From positions 135,410,001 to 135,474,000 of the forward strand of contig NC_058368.1 in the NCBI RefSeq assembly GCF_018350175.1: DNA of 64,000 bases. Direction: 5' to 3'. The notes beneath the pieces are model-generated. The model ran no database searches. It was not told the DNA's origin and saw only the letters and a program-made list of their open reading frames with translations. The position numbers were made by a program, and so were the translations under genes. The DNA comes from Felis catus (Eukaryota). Position 1 is the stretch's first letter. Every line of letters begins with the position of its first letter. Below, piece after piece: positions 49,039 to 60,639 of the stretch.

Positions 49039-49549
49039 TTGGTAGGCAGAGTAATGGCCTTGCAAAGATGCCCATGTCCCAATCCCCAGGTCATGTGAAT
49101 ATGTTACGTGGCAAAGGGGAATGAAGGAAACAGACAGAATTGAGTTTGCTGAACAGTTGACCTTAAAATAAGGATATTATCCTGGATTATCCGTATGGGC
49201 ACATTGCAACCACAAAGGTCCTTAAATGTGGAAGAGGAAGGCAGAAGAGTCAGTGTCAGCGTGATGTGACGTGAGAAAAATTCAACTAGTGACTGCTGGC
49301 TTTGAGGATGGAGGAAAAGACCACAAGCCAAGGAAGGCAGGCAGCCTTGTGAAGCTGGAAAAGGCAAGAACATCGATTTGCCTCCAGACCCTCCAAAACG
49401 AAGAGAGCCCTGCCAACGCATTTATTCTAGCCCAAAGAGATCCACTTTGGACTTCCGACCACCAGAATTGTAAAATAGTAAGTTTGTGTTGTTTTAAGTC
49501 ATTACGTTCCTGTTGATTTGTTACAGCGGCAGTAGAAAACCAGTATACC
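49039..49549 (+). mobile_element. MaLR solo LTR (MLT1D-like), near full length
   Basis: 'tggtaggcagagtaatggcc..attatcctggattatcc..gtccttaaatgtggaagaggaaggcagaagag..ttgttttaag..tttgttacagcggcagtagaaaac'. Confidence 0.9.
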
Positions 49550-50569
49550 ATTGTTGCAGAAACTTCTTTTAGATAGTGCCATTCTGGAATCATCTCTCCC
49601 TACCCTCAAAGCAGTTAATGACACAGCAGCAACTCTAAATTATCTGTCGGTCTCCATACCCGGCACATGGTCTCATGATGTTCCATCTGCCTAGAACCCC
49701 TTTCTTCTACCCCTTCTCCACAGATAACTCCTATCCATGTTTTAAGACTTAATCCAGGTGCCAGCTTTTTAAGGAAATCTTTCATCATACCTCTGGCTGA
49801 GGGTCTGGTTCTCTTGAAATCCATGCAGAGCTCTGTCATAGGTATGAATTTCAGCCAAATCAAGTATTAACAATATCTGTATCTTCATTTTGCCTATGTC
49901 AAGTTAAACCTAGCCCTGAGCATGCATCCTAATGGGCTGGCAGAAAACTCAGTCTGTTATTTCCAGGGTTTGCCCTCTGGTCCCCTCTGGTCATGCATAT
50001 CTCTGCATACAGGTAGGTGAGTGACCGGTGAGATGCCACTGCCTAGTCCTCATGGAATCTCTTCCGTGCCACACCTGGGGTCCAGACTGAGTGGACACCC
50101 TGGTGCTGGATCCAAGATCCAACCAACTCTGTGGTGGCACCGCTCAGCCCCCCCCTCTGAGACAGGCTGTCCTCCCCAGGGACCTGCCTCCAAGCTCTGC
50201 TGCCTGCTTTCCAGGACCCACTAGCCTCCTCCCATCTTCCCCTAAGACTTCTGTATCCACCACTCTTCTCCAGGACTCCTAATTTAGAGTTTTATGAAAA
50301 AAACAGGCAGGAAGGGGAGTAACTTAAGAACCTTCCTCGAAACAAAAGAGGAGACAAGAAGGGCGCAGCCTCCTGTTTGAAAGGAGAGAGCAGGGGAAAA
50401 ATAGAAAGGAAACATTTAAGTCTCAATAAACACCTTGCCATATCACCTTTCTAAATAGCATTTAAAGCATTAAATTGAAAACACAGCCAAGCAAGAATCA
50501 CACAGCCAACGTCAGCACCAGCATATCAACAGCCCTGCCTGGGGACTCGCTCCATTTTTTCATTTCATC

Positions 50570-50720
50570 GAAACACCAGTTTCATGAGGCAAGTATTGTT
50601 TTGCTCATTCTATAAATGAGGCCACTGAGATGCTGAGAGTTTGGGTAAATTTTCCCAAAGTCACATGGTTATAAAGTGACAGCGTAGAGCTTCAAACCCA
50701 GACCAAAAGCCTCACACCAC
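50570..50720 (-). mobile_element. MIR
   Basis: 'ctcattctataaatgaggccactgag..cccaaagtcacatggttataaagtgacag..ttcaaacccag'. Confidence 0.75.
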
Positions 50721-52338
50721 CCTGGCCCTGAGTCTCCAGGACAGAGTCGTGCTGGATCAATGAAACCAGGCACACAGACCCACATCGGCAAGCCCCCAGG
50801 GACTCCCGCTACAATTTTTCTCTGGGTCTAAGTCCAGAACCAACACACCCTTTCCTTGTTTTCCCTTACTACAACTGAGAGAAGCAGTTGGGTTCAAGCA
50901 GCATTTACTAAAAAACCCAGAGCTGGGGAAAATGAGTAAAGAAAACACATACAGGATTAGACAGAGACATAAAGGAATGTGACCCCAAGAATCTCAGGAA
51001 AACCATGAAAGTGCTTTGCTGAGCCCCAGTCTTTCCTCCAGTAACTGTTCTTGAAACGCAGACAACTCGGTCCGTTGTGTATACCCATAGTGCTATTTAT
51101 TTAGGGCTCTTCTCTATGGACTCCCCTGCCTCTGGATCAAAATGGCGGCCTATTTTTACTCGTCAAAATGTGAAGGCTATGGAAGTACTCCATCCAAGTC
51201 TGCCTTCCAACTTACAGTCAAAGGACCAAAACCCAGTTCTGAGTTTCTCCCCCAGGATTCAGGGGCCACCTCAAGGACAGATTCTACACACTCTGGCCAG
51301 CTATCACCTCCACCCACTCACTCACTGGGCTTGTGACTCACCTACCAGCTCCTTCCCCTCTCCTTCCCCACATGGCCCACCCTTCAGGGAAGTGGTCTCT
51401 TATAATTAGAGCTTTAATATTTAAAATTAGCTTATGCATACGGTGACCATGACACAAATAGAGTACAGCAGGTTATTCTCTCACATGGCCTTTCCTGCGT
51501 ATTTATACAAGTCTTCCTAATATAGCAGCCTGTTTAATAAGGGTGGTCCAAATGTGTTTTAACTCTTTAGGACCTAGAAACAAAAATGAACATGCACTCT
51601 TACCCTTTATCTACAGAGATCCCAATCTGGTATTATTCCAAGTGGGGGAAAAAATCTTCAGCAAAAGCCCAAACAAAATATCATTAAGCATTATTCTTAT
51701 TTTTGCGTATAAAAATATGTTGGTTTTTTTTTTTTTGCATTCCAGTTAATTAATTTTCCTCCATAATTAAAAACATCAGACTATTAGATCATACAAATCC
51801 AACATTACTGGATTTAGAAAACAATATAATTTCTAAAGGAGCTGATAATATGCACTAACCCTTAATGTCAAAGCCAAAGATTGAAATTCTGTAGGAATGC
51901 ATGAATCCATTAAGCGGGAGTCATTTTCAATTATTAAGAAGCAAAGATCTGTATTCTTTATAGAAATTAGAAATGGCAGAAAATAACATCAACATTCATA
52001 ACTGCTACAATTAGGACTAATAAAATTTTTAAATCAAATTAAAATCAGAGTGATGATAATATAAGTAATGAAATTTACGTAGCACCATGTGGCTCTATTT
52101 CCTCAAAGAAACCCCTGAGTCCATTATTTTGCAGGATGAATAAATCAGTAGTCACTGCTTGAATTTTCCAGGACTAAGGATTCACCTGTCCCCACAGGGA
52201 AATGAATCCAGAGCCATCACATGTCCATGGATACTGCCTCTCCAGTTTCAACACAACACCCAGCCCTTTAGTTTCACCTCACTTGTTGAGTTCAGCTGGT
52301 GGTCAGGGCAGGTCAAGCTTAAGAAATGCCTACCTCCC

Positions 52339-53403
52339 ATGAACTATTGGGACCTCATCAAAATAAAAAGCTTCTGCACAGCAAAGGAGACAATCAACAA
52401 AACTAAAAGGCAACAGACAGAATGGGAGAAGATATTTGCAAATGACATATCGCATAAAGGGTTAGTATCCAAAATCTATAGAGAACTTATCAAACTCAAC
52501 CCCCAAAAAATAAATAATCCAGTGAAGCAATGGGCAAAAAGACATGAATAGACACACTTCTCCAAAGAAGACATCCAGATGACCAACTGGCACAATGCTC
52601 AACATCACTCATCATCCGGGTAATACAAATCAAAACCACGAGATACCACCTCGCACCTGTCAGAATGGCTAACATTAACAACTCAGGCAACAACAGATGT
52701 TGGCAAGGATGCCGAGAAAGAGGATCTCTTTTGCATTGTTGGTGGGAATGCAAGCTGGTGCAGCCGCTCTGGAAAACAGTATGGAGGTTCCTCAAAAAAC
52801 TAAAAATAGAACTACCCTACGACCCAGCAATTGCACTACTAGGCATTTACCCAAGGGGTACAGGTGTGCTCTTTTGAAGGGACACATGCACCCCCATGTT
52901 TATAGCAGCACTATCTACAATAGCCAAAGTATGGAAAGAGCCCAAATATCCATCGATGGATGAATGGATAAAGAAGATGGAATATATATATAATGGAGTA
53001 TTACTCGGCAATCAAAAAGAATGAAATCTTGCCATTTGCAACTACATGGATGGAACTAGAGGATATTATGCTAAGCGAAATTAGTCAGTCAGAGAAAGAC
53101 AAATATCATATGATTTCATATGACAAATATCATATGACTTCACTCATGAGGATTTTAAGAGACAAAACAGATGAACATAAGGGAAGGGAAGCAAAAATAA
53201 TATAAAAACAAGGAGGGGGACAAAAACATAAGAGACTCTTAAATACAGAGAACAAACAGAGGGTTACGGGAGGGGTTGTGGGAGGAGGCATGGGCTAAAT
53301 GGGTAAGGGGCATTAAGGAATCTACTCCTGAAATCATTGTTGCACTATATGCTAACTTGGATGTAAATGTAAAAAATAAATAAAAAAATTTTTAAAAAGA
53401 AAT
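52339..53403 (+). mobile_element. 5'-truncated felid L1 (about 1.06 kb)
   Basis: ORF2 C-terminal peptides ([25 protein letters not shown]..; [26 protein letters not shown]), 3'UTR, A-tail; TSD AAATGCCTACCT at 52324-52335 and 53404-53415. Confidence 0.97.
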
Positions 53404-53879
53404 AAATGCCTACCTTCCTATTGGTACCCTGCATTCATTTGGCTCTGATGGGTCCCTAATCTAGGTACCAGACATCCATGGGAACAAGAGTCAGAAGGGT
53501 TTTAGAAATAAGTCAGATTTCTATACTTTAGCATATCTATGGTGACTACAAGTGTTTGTTTGATAAGGCTTATCATAAAGATCTCACCCTATCTGTATAA
53601 TGCACATTCTCATAATCCCAAAATCTAAAATTTTTAATGGTTATTAACCTATTTAAGGCCACAAATCACCACAAGAGTTTGGTAGATATCTCAAAACTTC
53701 TACCCCAAAAATGCATACAAAATTGACTAAAATGTTTTCATTCAATTTAGGAGGTTCACAAACCTATCCAAGCCCAGTCAAACTTTCAGGGACCTATAAA
53801 CAAATTCCAAGCTCATAAACCTGCTTCATGGTCTTTTTGCTTTTCCTTGATACACAAAGTTAAAAGTAACTGGCTTCCC

Positions 53880-54305
53880 AGACACAGACAGACAAATACT
53901 ATGTGATCTCACATATTTGTGGAATCTTAAAGAGTCAAACTCATAGAAGCATGGAGTGTAATGGTGTTTGCCAGGGGCTAGGGAGAAGGAAATATGGAGA
54001 TGATGGTCAAAGGGTCACAAAGTTTCAGTTAGGCAAGATAAATAAGTTCTGGAGAACTGGTGAACTAATAAATTTGCTAAGAGGATACTTCTTATATTAA
54101 ATGTTCTTACCACCACCAGTAATAATAATAATAATAAATATAAGGCTGGAAAGAAATGTTGGGAGGAGATGGATAGGTTTATGGCTTTCATGGTGGTAAT
54201 GTTTTCACAGGTGTATACTTATTCCCAAACTCATCAAGTTGTATACATTAAATATGTACAGCTTTTTACAGGTCAATCATACCTCAGTAAAGTGGTTTTC
54301 AAAAA
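53880..54305 (+). mobile_element. L1MC1-like 3' end
   Basis: 'gacaaatactatgtgatctcac..caaactcatagaag..aaactcatcaagttgtatacattaaatatgtacagcttttt..tcaatcatacctcagtaaagtggt'. Confidence 0.85.
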
Positions 54306-54316
54306 ACTAAAAGTTA

Positions 54317-54468
54317 GGGGCACCTGGGTGACTTAGTCGGTTAAGCATCCAACTTCAGCTCAGGTCATGATCTCATGGTTTGTGAGTTCGAGCCCCACTT
54401 TGGGCTGTCAGCACAGAGCCTGCTTCCTTATGATCCTCTGTCCTCGGCTCTCTCTGCCCCTTCCCCAC

Positions 54469-54518
<50 letters not shown>

Positions 54519-54558
54519 CCCTCTCAAAAATCAATAAACATTAAAAAAATTAATTTTA
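54317..54558 (+). mobile_element. Can-SINE with long (CT)n
   Basis: TSD AAAACTAAAAGTTA at 54303-54316 and 54559-54572. Confidence 0.96.
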
Positions 54559-54976
54559 AAAACTAAAAGTTAAACTAAATTACCTGGTTTCCCTCCCAGA
54601 AGTTAAAGGGCTAAATTAATGTAGGGCATTACTTATTAATGTTATTGTGCACATTGGGCTATGTCAAGACAGTTGGATACCTGGACCCCAATCTTGGTAT
54701 CTCTCTGGGCCAAATATGAGCTGAAGAGAAACAATATACCTCCATGGAATTATCACTGGGCTGGGCATTGAAGTTTTATTCCGATGAATCAGGCTGTCCC
54801 AACGTCTTTCCCTGAAGCTGACACAGCTTGTCTTTACCACTCCTGGCAGGGAGAGGTGACATTCCACAGAGAGCACGTGCTTCAGGGAACACCTCCTCAA
54901 AGAAGAGGGAGCACCTTCTTTCTGTACCTTCTGAAAACTGGAGATGTCATAGGCACTTAAGAAATAAAGATAATAA

Positions 54977-55153
54977 GGGGCTCCTGGGTGGCTCAGGTCA
55001 CGATATTGCGGTTCATGGTTTCAAGCCCCGTGTCAGGGTCTGTGCTGACAGCTCGGAACCTGGAGTGTGCTTCATATTCTGTGTCTCCCTCTCTCTCTGC
55101 CCCTCCCCTGCTCATGTTGTGTCTGTCTCTGCCTCTCAACAATAAATAAATAT
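54977..55153 (+). mobile_element. Can-SINE with a head deletion of about 27 bp
   Basis: GGGTGGCTCAG joined directly to GTCACGAT; TSD AAAGATAA(T/C)AA. Confidence 0.93.
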
Positions 55154-55155
55154 GA

Positions 55156-55227
<72 letters not shown>

Positions 55228-55304
55228 AGGAAGGAAGGAAGGAAGGAAGGAAGGAAGGAAGGAAGGAAGGAAGGAAGGAAGGAAGGAAGGAAGAAGGAAA
55301 GAAA
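55154..55304. repeat. Compound (GAAA)~18(GAAG)~17 microsatellite in a SINE tail
   Basis: Directly visible; about 150-bp polypurine tract. Confidence 0.98.
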
Positions 55305-55684
55305 GATAACAAGCCATTTCTCATCTTTTTTATGTACCTGAGTGTCAGGGAGCCAATTCAGACCCATCATACAAGTTGGGACTTCTCACCTGTTACCTCT
55401 TTCTGAACCAAGAAATAAGTGGAAAATCTGTGACAGGTTCTCCCTTCTTTGTGGACCTCTGTTTCAGACACATATTTCAGCAGTCCACTCTAGGACTCCT
55501 CCTCTCTTCCTGACGTGGATTTAAGGCACTGATGAAGAAACCATGAGTGATGGGAAGCAAAAAGATACCACTGTGGTGCCCCTTTGCTACAGCAATGTCT
55601 TAGTCCAGGCTAAATCCATGACCAGAGACAGAGGAGAGGTCCCTCAGGAAAAGCCAACTATCACCAACAAGATTCCCAAATATT

Positions 55685-55890
55685 TTTCAATTTTTTTTTT
55701 AGTTTATTTATTTATTTTGAGACAGAGAGCGGGGGAGAGGCAGAGACAGAGGAAGAGAGATAATCCCAAACAGCCTCTGGGCTGACAGCACAGAGCCCAA
55801 TGTGGGGCTCAAACTCACCAGCCGTGAGATCATGACCTGAGCCGAAACCAAGAGTCAGACGCTTAACCGACTGAGCCTCCCGGGAGCCCC
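55685..55890 (-). mobile_element. Can-SINE
   Basis: TSD AAGATTCC..AATATT at 55669-55684 and 55891-55906. Confidence 0.95.
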
Positions 55891-56599
55891 AAGATTCCTG
55901 AATATTATATCCAGGGTAATGTGTCCCTGCCATCTCTCTTAGAAACTGTCAGCTCTCTCTAAATGACTCTGATTATTCACATTACCTTTTTTGTGGTGCC
56001 TCAAGCTGTTTCAGAGGAAATGTGAAAGATACAGACAAGAAATAAGATCTAAGCATAGAACAAGAATGAAGGGGCAACATGGGAGTTCAGAAGAGCAAGC
56101 AGATGAAACCGACAGGTGTGCTGGCCGACGCCTGTCCTGTAGGTCCACAAGCATCAGAAAGCACCGCTGTGAATGTTACTTTGAGGGTGAAAGTTAAAGT
56201 GTACCCACTTGTGGAAAAATTGGGTGTTTTGCCTTTTTGTGGGTTTTTCTGCTAAGTTTGAGAAACTCAGTTCTGAAAGCTTTTTAAAACAAATGTGAGG
56301 GTTTTTTTTTTTAATTTCTCAAAACCTGTTCCCACGTTCCTTTTGCTCTTGACTTGTCACTTGGGATTTCCACATCCTAGAGTGACGGGTATGAGAGAAG
56401 GAATGAGAAGTGGGACCTTCCCTGTAGGTAGAGAGTTTCCCAGAATGGTGAGCAGGGGACAGTGTTGAGGGCAAGGGTGAGAGCCTCTATTTGTTCCCTC
56501 CCCAGCCGCATCCCTGCCCACACCTGCCCAGAGCCTCAAAATCACTGCAAGATGACCGAAACTCATTTACAACTCCATTATTCCTGCATTATCATTGTT

Positions 56600-57100
56600 T
56601 TTAAATGCCATTTTTCTTTAATTACCCCTGCCTAAAGAGAAATGAAGACAAGAGAAGACAAAAAGGCTAATGCAACATTCCAGGAGAATCACAAACGCAG
56701 GGCATGGGACTGTCTTATTAACTTCATTGCGGTGATGTGTTATAAAATGCAAATTGCAGAAAGGGGGCAGTAATCTGCTAATAAATATGTTAATTAGGCA
56801 GAGTAAATGCCATACTGCATGGTGGGGGAAAAAATTCGCTGATTGTAAACTCCATGCACAGCAGATTTCAGAGGGCAAAATGTAGTTAATAAAACTACCT
56901 TTATGTTTTATATTGCTGCTCTTTAGCATAAACAGCTAATAACCAATTTACATTAATGGTGTGGGCACAAATGTAAATTAGCCCCTTTTTGGTTTATATT
57001 ACTGCAATGCAATCCCCATGCTAAAGTGTTGCATTGGCGATTTCATTAAGGGAAAGATCTGAGACCCCGATACAGTCCTAGGGCCTGCTTCAAGGAATTT
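56600..57100. promoter_or_regulatory. Candidate highly conserved non-coding element (developmental enhancer)
   Basis: Repeat-free; dense TAAT/ATTA cores, octamer ATGCAAAT (56747-56754), inverted ATTTACAT/ATGTAAAT (56946-56978), TTTAT/ATAAA motifs. Confidence 0.55.
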
Positions 57101-57945
57101 TAATATGAAACCAAAATTACACTGCACATCCTTGTTCACCACGTGGGAATTTCCAGAAAGGGCTCTGCTATCAAATATTTTTCCTATCCATGGCTATGTC
57201 CACAACCCCCCTCTCCTGTGGGTGTTCAAAACGTCCCGCTTGCCAAAAAATGCCTCCCAAGCCCAAGGCTGCAACAATATGGTCTTGTACAACGGCAGTC
57301 TGGACTTCTACTTGACTTTCTTTGCTTGCCGACTGGTAGCAGCCCTGACTTGAGGACAAACAAAGAGACCCTTGTATCTCATGGACTTTCCCAGGTCCAG
57401 GTGGCTGGAGGAGGAAGAGAGAAGGACCTTCAGGGCTTTCTGAGTCTGTGTTCCTAGTAGCCACAAAGACGGAAAGCAAATGCTAACAACACGCATTTGT
57501 GCTGTCTGCACCAGTGGAAGTTTCCCATTTCTGGCCTCATTCATCTGCGACCTCTCCTACTCACAGGGTCTTTCTTTAGTCATGCTGTGCAAGCAGCTAC
57601 TGTATATACCAAAAGTTAATTTTACTATACACTTCACTGTGTCGCCGGAGGTGCAATAAATCACGAACCAATTTCCAATTTTGTTATGCCCTACTTGATA
57701 AGGATGTGAAGCATTCTTTTCCCCCAATATACATGTTTTTAAACATGAGCTTTGGAAGCAGGGACACGTCTCTTGATACGCAGTGAAATTTTAACCTTCC
57801 TTTTCAAGAGAAGTTGACCCCTGCTGGTCCTATTAGAATAAAACATCAACTCACACTTTCTTTAGTTTGGATCTTGGGTCCAAACACTGCCTACAGGCCT
57901 TTATGCTGCAGAGCATTTCTTAAGAAAAGGTGTGGGGTTTTCTTT

Positions 57946-57976
<31 letters not shown>

Positions 57977-58488
57977 GCAACTTCAGCAACTAAATTTTTC
58001 AGTTGAAGTACAAATTGTTGGGACAGTGTTATTCTGAATTGTGCTGCATTTTTTTAAAGGTACAGAATAAAGATTTGTACATATTTAAATTTTCATACAA
58101 TCACATTCTTGGAGATGGATAAAGACACTTTATTATTCCTTCTACAACTTTTAATTTGAATACTTCAGTATTAGCCCATTGCACTCGTGAAATAACCTAA
58201 TTCTAAGGAGTTTTGGATTTTTTATCTCCTGGGGGCTAGGAAGCTATTGTTTATTGAATGAGAATTCACAAGTTAGATGATAGCAATTAGCCCTTTATGT
58301 TTACTAATTCCTTTGCTGCTTTGTCTATATTCACAATAATAATAGAATATATTTCTTGAGGTTATTTTGAGGTTTAAATAAGATTATACATAACTAATTG
58401 GCAACTACCACAGTAATAAATGTTTTCAGCAGTAATCATTGCTGGATGCTAAAACTAGTGGGCAAAAGTTGGGTGAAAAATGGAGTCA

Positions 58489-58631
58489 GGGGCATTTGGG
58501 TGGCTCGGTCAGTTAGGCGTCCGATTTTGGCTCAGGTCATGATCTCACGGTTGGTGGATTCAAGCCCCACATTGGGCTCTTTGCTGACAGTGCAGAACCT
58601 GCTTGGGATTCTCTCTCTCCCACTCTCTCTG

Positions 58632-58668
<37 letters not shown>

Positions 58669-58690
58669 ATAAATAAACTTAAAAAAAAAA
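58489..58690 (+). mobile_element. Can-SINE
   Basis: Head, (CT)n, polyA. Confidence 0.95.
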
Positions 58691-58695
58691 GAGTA

Positions 58696-59032
58696 CAGTT
58701 GACCTTTGAACAATACAGGTTTGAAGTACGTGGGTCCATATACATGCAGGTTTTTTAGAAATACAATATCATACTATAAATGTATTTTCCTTATGATTTT
58801 CTTAATAACATCTTCTTTTCACTAGCTTACTTTATTGTAAGAATACAGTATACAATACATATACCATATAAAATACGCGTCAATCAACTGTTTATGTTAT
58901 GGGTATTTTCCACTCAATGGTAGTTATTAGTAATTAAGTTCTGGGGGAGTCAAAAGTTATACATGGATTCTCAACTGTGCAAGGGTGAACACCCCTGGCC
59001 CCCATGTTGGTCAAGGGTTAAAGGGTTAAATG
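58696..59032. mobile_element. Tigger2-derived MITE (Tigger2a_Car-like, TcMar-Tigger)
   Basis: TA|CAGTTGACCTTTGAACAA left TIR; right TIR 'ttggtcaagggtta..aatg'|TA; TA target duplication. Confidence 0.85.
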
Positions 59033-59999
59033 TATTACATAGTCCCAAAGAATGTCCCCACTAAAAACTAGAATGATATCCACCCAAAAGTTGGTGCTGG
59101 TTAGTCTGGTAAGCACAGTGAGAATGGAGTAGAAAGATTTTCATGGGGAATAGGTATTACTTGAAACTCCAAAAAAAAAAATGGAGTTAAGTTTTAGAAG
59201 AAGGAAGAAGATCCAGGGGAAGAGGAGAAGAAATGCTCCAATGAAGCAAAGATCAAAGAAAGCCAAGCAATGAGGTTTTTCTCTACAATCACATAAACAA
59301 AGTACAACCCAAGTTACACATAAACTCATATTTTTATCTAAGTTCAAATTTTTGCCATTGAAAGATGCACACAAGCAAAGAGGTCAAATGCCTTCAGGTA
59401 AAGAGACAGACTATGAAGCAACAAAAAGTACACAAGGCTCAAAGTAGAAATCCTAGGTTCAAATCCCAGACCTACCTCTTGCCAGAATCACATCTTTTGA
59501 AATAAATGGCTGTTGATAAGTAAATCAATAGAATTTAAAAACCTAGAGATTGCCTATTATACCCATATATCACCCTAGGACAAGTTTTTCTATTGCTTAA
59601 AAGTAAATTTTAAAAGAATACATCCAATCACTTTGGAGAACAATTTGGCACTATGTAGAAAAGCTTAACATGTGTATCCCATGACTGAACAATCTCATTC
59701 CTAGGTATATAGAGTCTTCAGAAACTCACACACTTACATAAGGAGGCACACACAAGATTGCCCATTACAGTATTGTTTGTGCCAGCAAAAACTAAAAACG
59801 GTTCAAAATTATCCATCAAAAAGAGAATTAATGTATGTATACATTGTGTATGTTCATGTAATGGAATATCATACAGCTATGAAAATGAATAAACTATACC
59901 TATATAAATGATTCTTATAATACTGAGTGAAAAATCATGTCCCAGGAAGAATACCCACAGTACGATTTCATAAACATATTGTTTAAAAGTGTCGCCACA

Positions 60000-60238
60000 G
60001 GGGCACCTGGGTGGCTCAGTCGGTCAAGTGTCTGACTTCGGCCCAGGTCATGGTCTCGCGGGTTCGAAGCCCGCGTCAGGCTCTGTACTGACAGCTTGGA
60101 GCCTGGAGCCTGCTTCCAATTCTTTCTCTCTCTCTCTCACTCTCTCTGCCCCTCCCCCACTTGCATTCTGTCTCTCTCTGTCTCTCAAAAATGAATAAAC
60201 CTTAAAAATTTTTTTAATTTAAAAAATAAATAAAAAAT
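60000..60238 (+). mobile_element. Can-SINE
   Basis: Head, (CT)n, tail; TSD AAAAGTGTCGCCAC / AAAAGCATCACCAC. Confidence 0.95.
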
Positions 60239-60426
60239 AAAAGCATCACCACCTATTGCTTAGGATACATAAATGTATCATAAAAGTATGAGAAGAGGGC
60301 ATGGAAGCCAAATTCAAAAGAGCAGTTACCTCTTGGAAGGAGAGGGAACAAGAAAGAGGCTTTAAATGTTCAAGTGACAGGAGTAGTAAGGGCAAAGATG
60401 TATAAATACAAAAAGCAAATATTTAT

Positions 60427-60639
60427 TTTTTTTTTCAACGTTTATTTTTTGGGGGGGACAGAGAGAGACAGAGCATGAACGGGGGAGGGGCAGAGAGAGA
60501 GGGAGACACAGAATCGGAAACAGGCTCCAGGCTCCGAGCCATCAGCCCAGAGCCCGACGCAGGGCTCGAACTCACGGACCGCGAGATCGTGACCTGGCTG
60601 AAGTCGGACGTTTAACCGACTGCGCCACCCAGGCGCCCC
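60427..60639 (-). mobile_element. Young felid SINE (SINEC_Fc1-like)
   Basis: CpG-rich with the same diagnostic positions as the 23905 copy; TSD AGCAAATATTTAT at 60414-60426 and 60645-60657. Confidence 0.97.

Larger units (their letters stand above)
58395..59060 (+). mobile_element. Old L1 (L1MD/MC-type) 3' fragment interrupted by SINE and Tigger
   Basis: 'accacagtaataa..ggatgctaaaactagtgggcaaaag' resumes after the inserts as 'ttacatagtcccaaagaatgtcccc'. Confidence 0.6.

Noticed and set aside
52159..53205. ORFs with clear protein similarity (zinc-knuckle-like CWxGC..HCWWEC)
   Set aside because: Broken ORF2 of a 5'-truncated L1; non-autonomous.
54993..55406. Multiple ORFs with KERK/FLPS repeats, and a regular repeat array
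   Set aside because: Translation of the (GAAA)n(GAAG)n microsatellite; there are no unique spacers, so it is not CRISPR-like.
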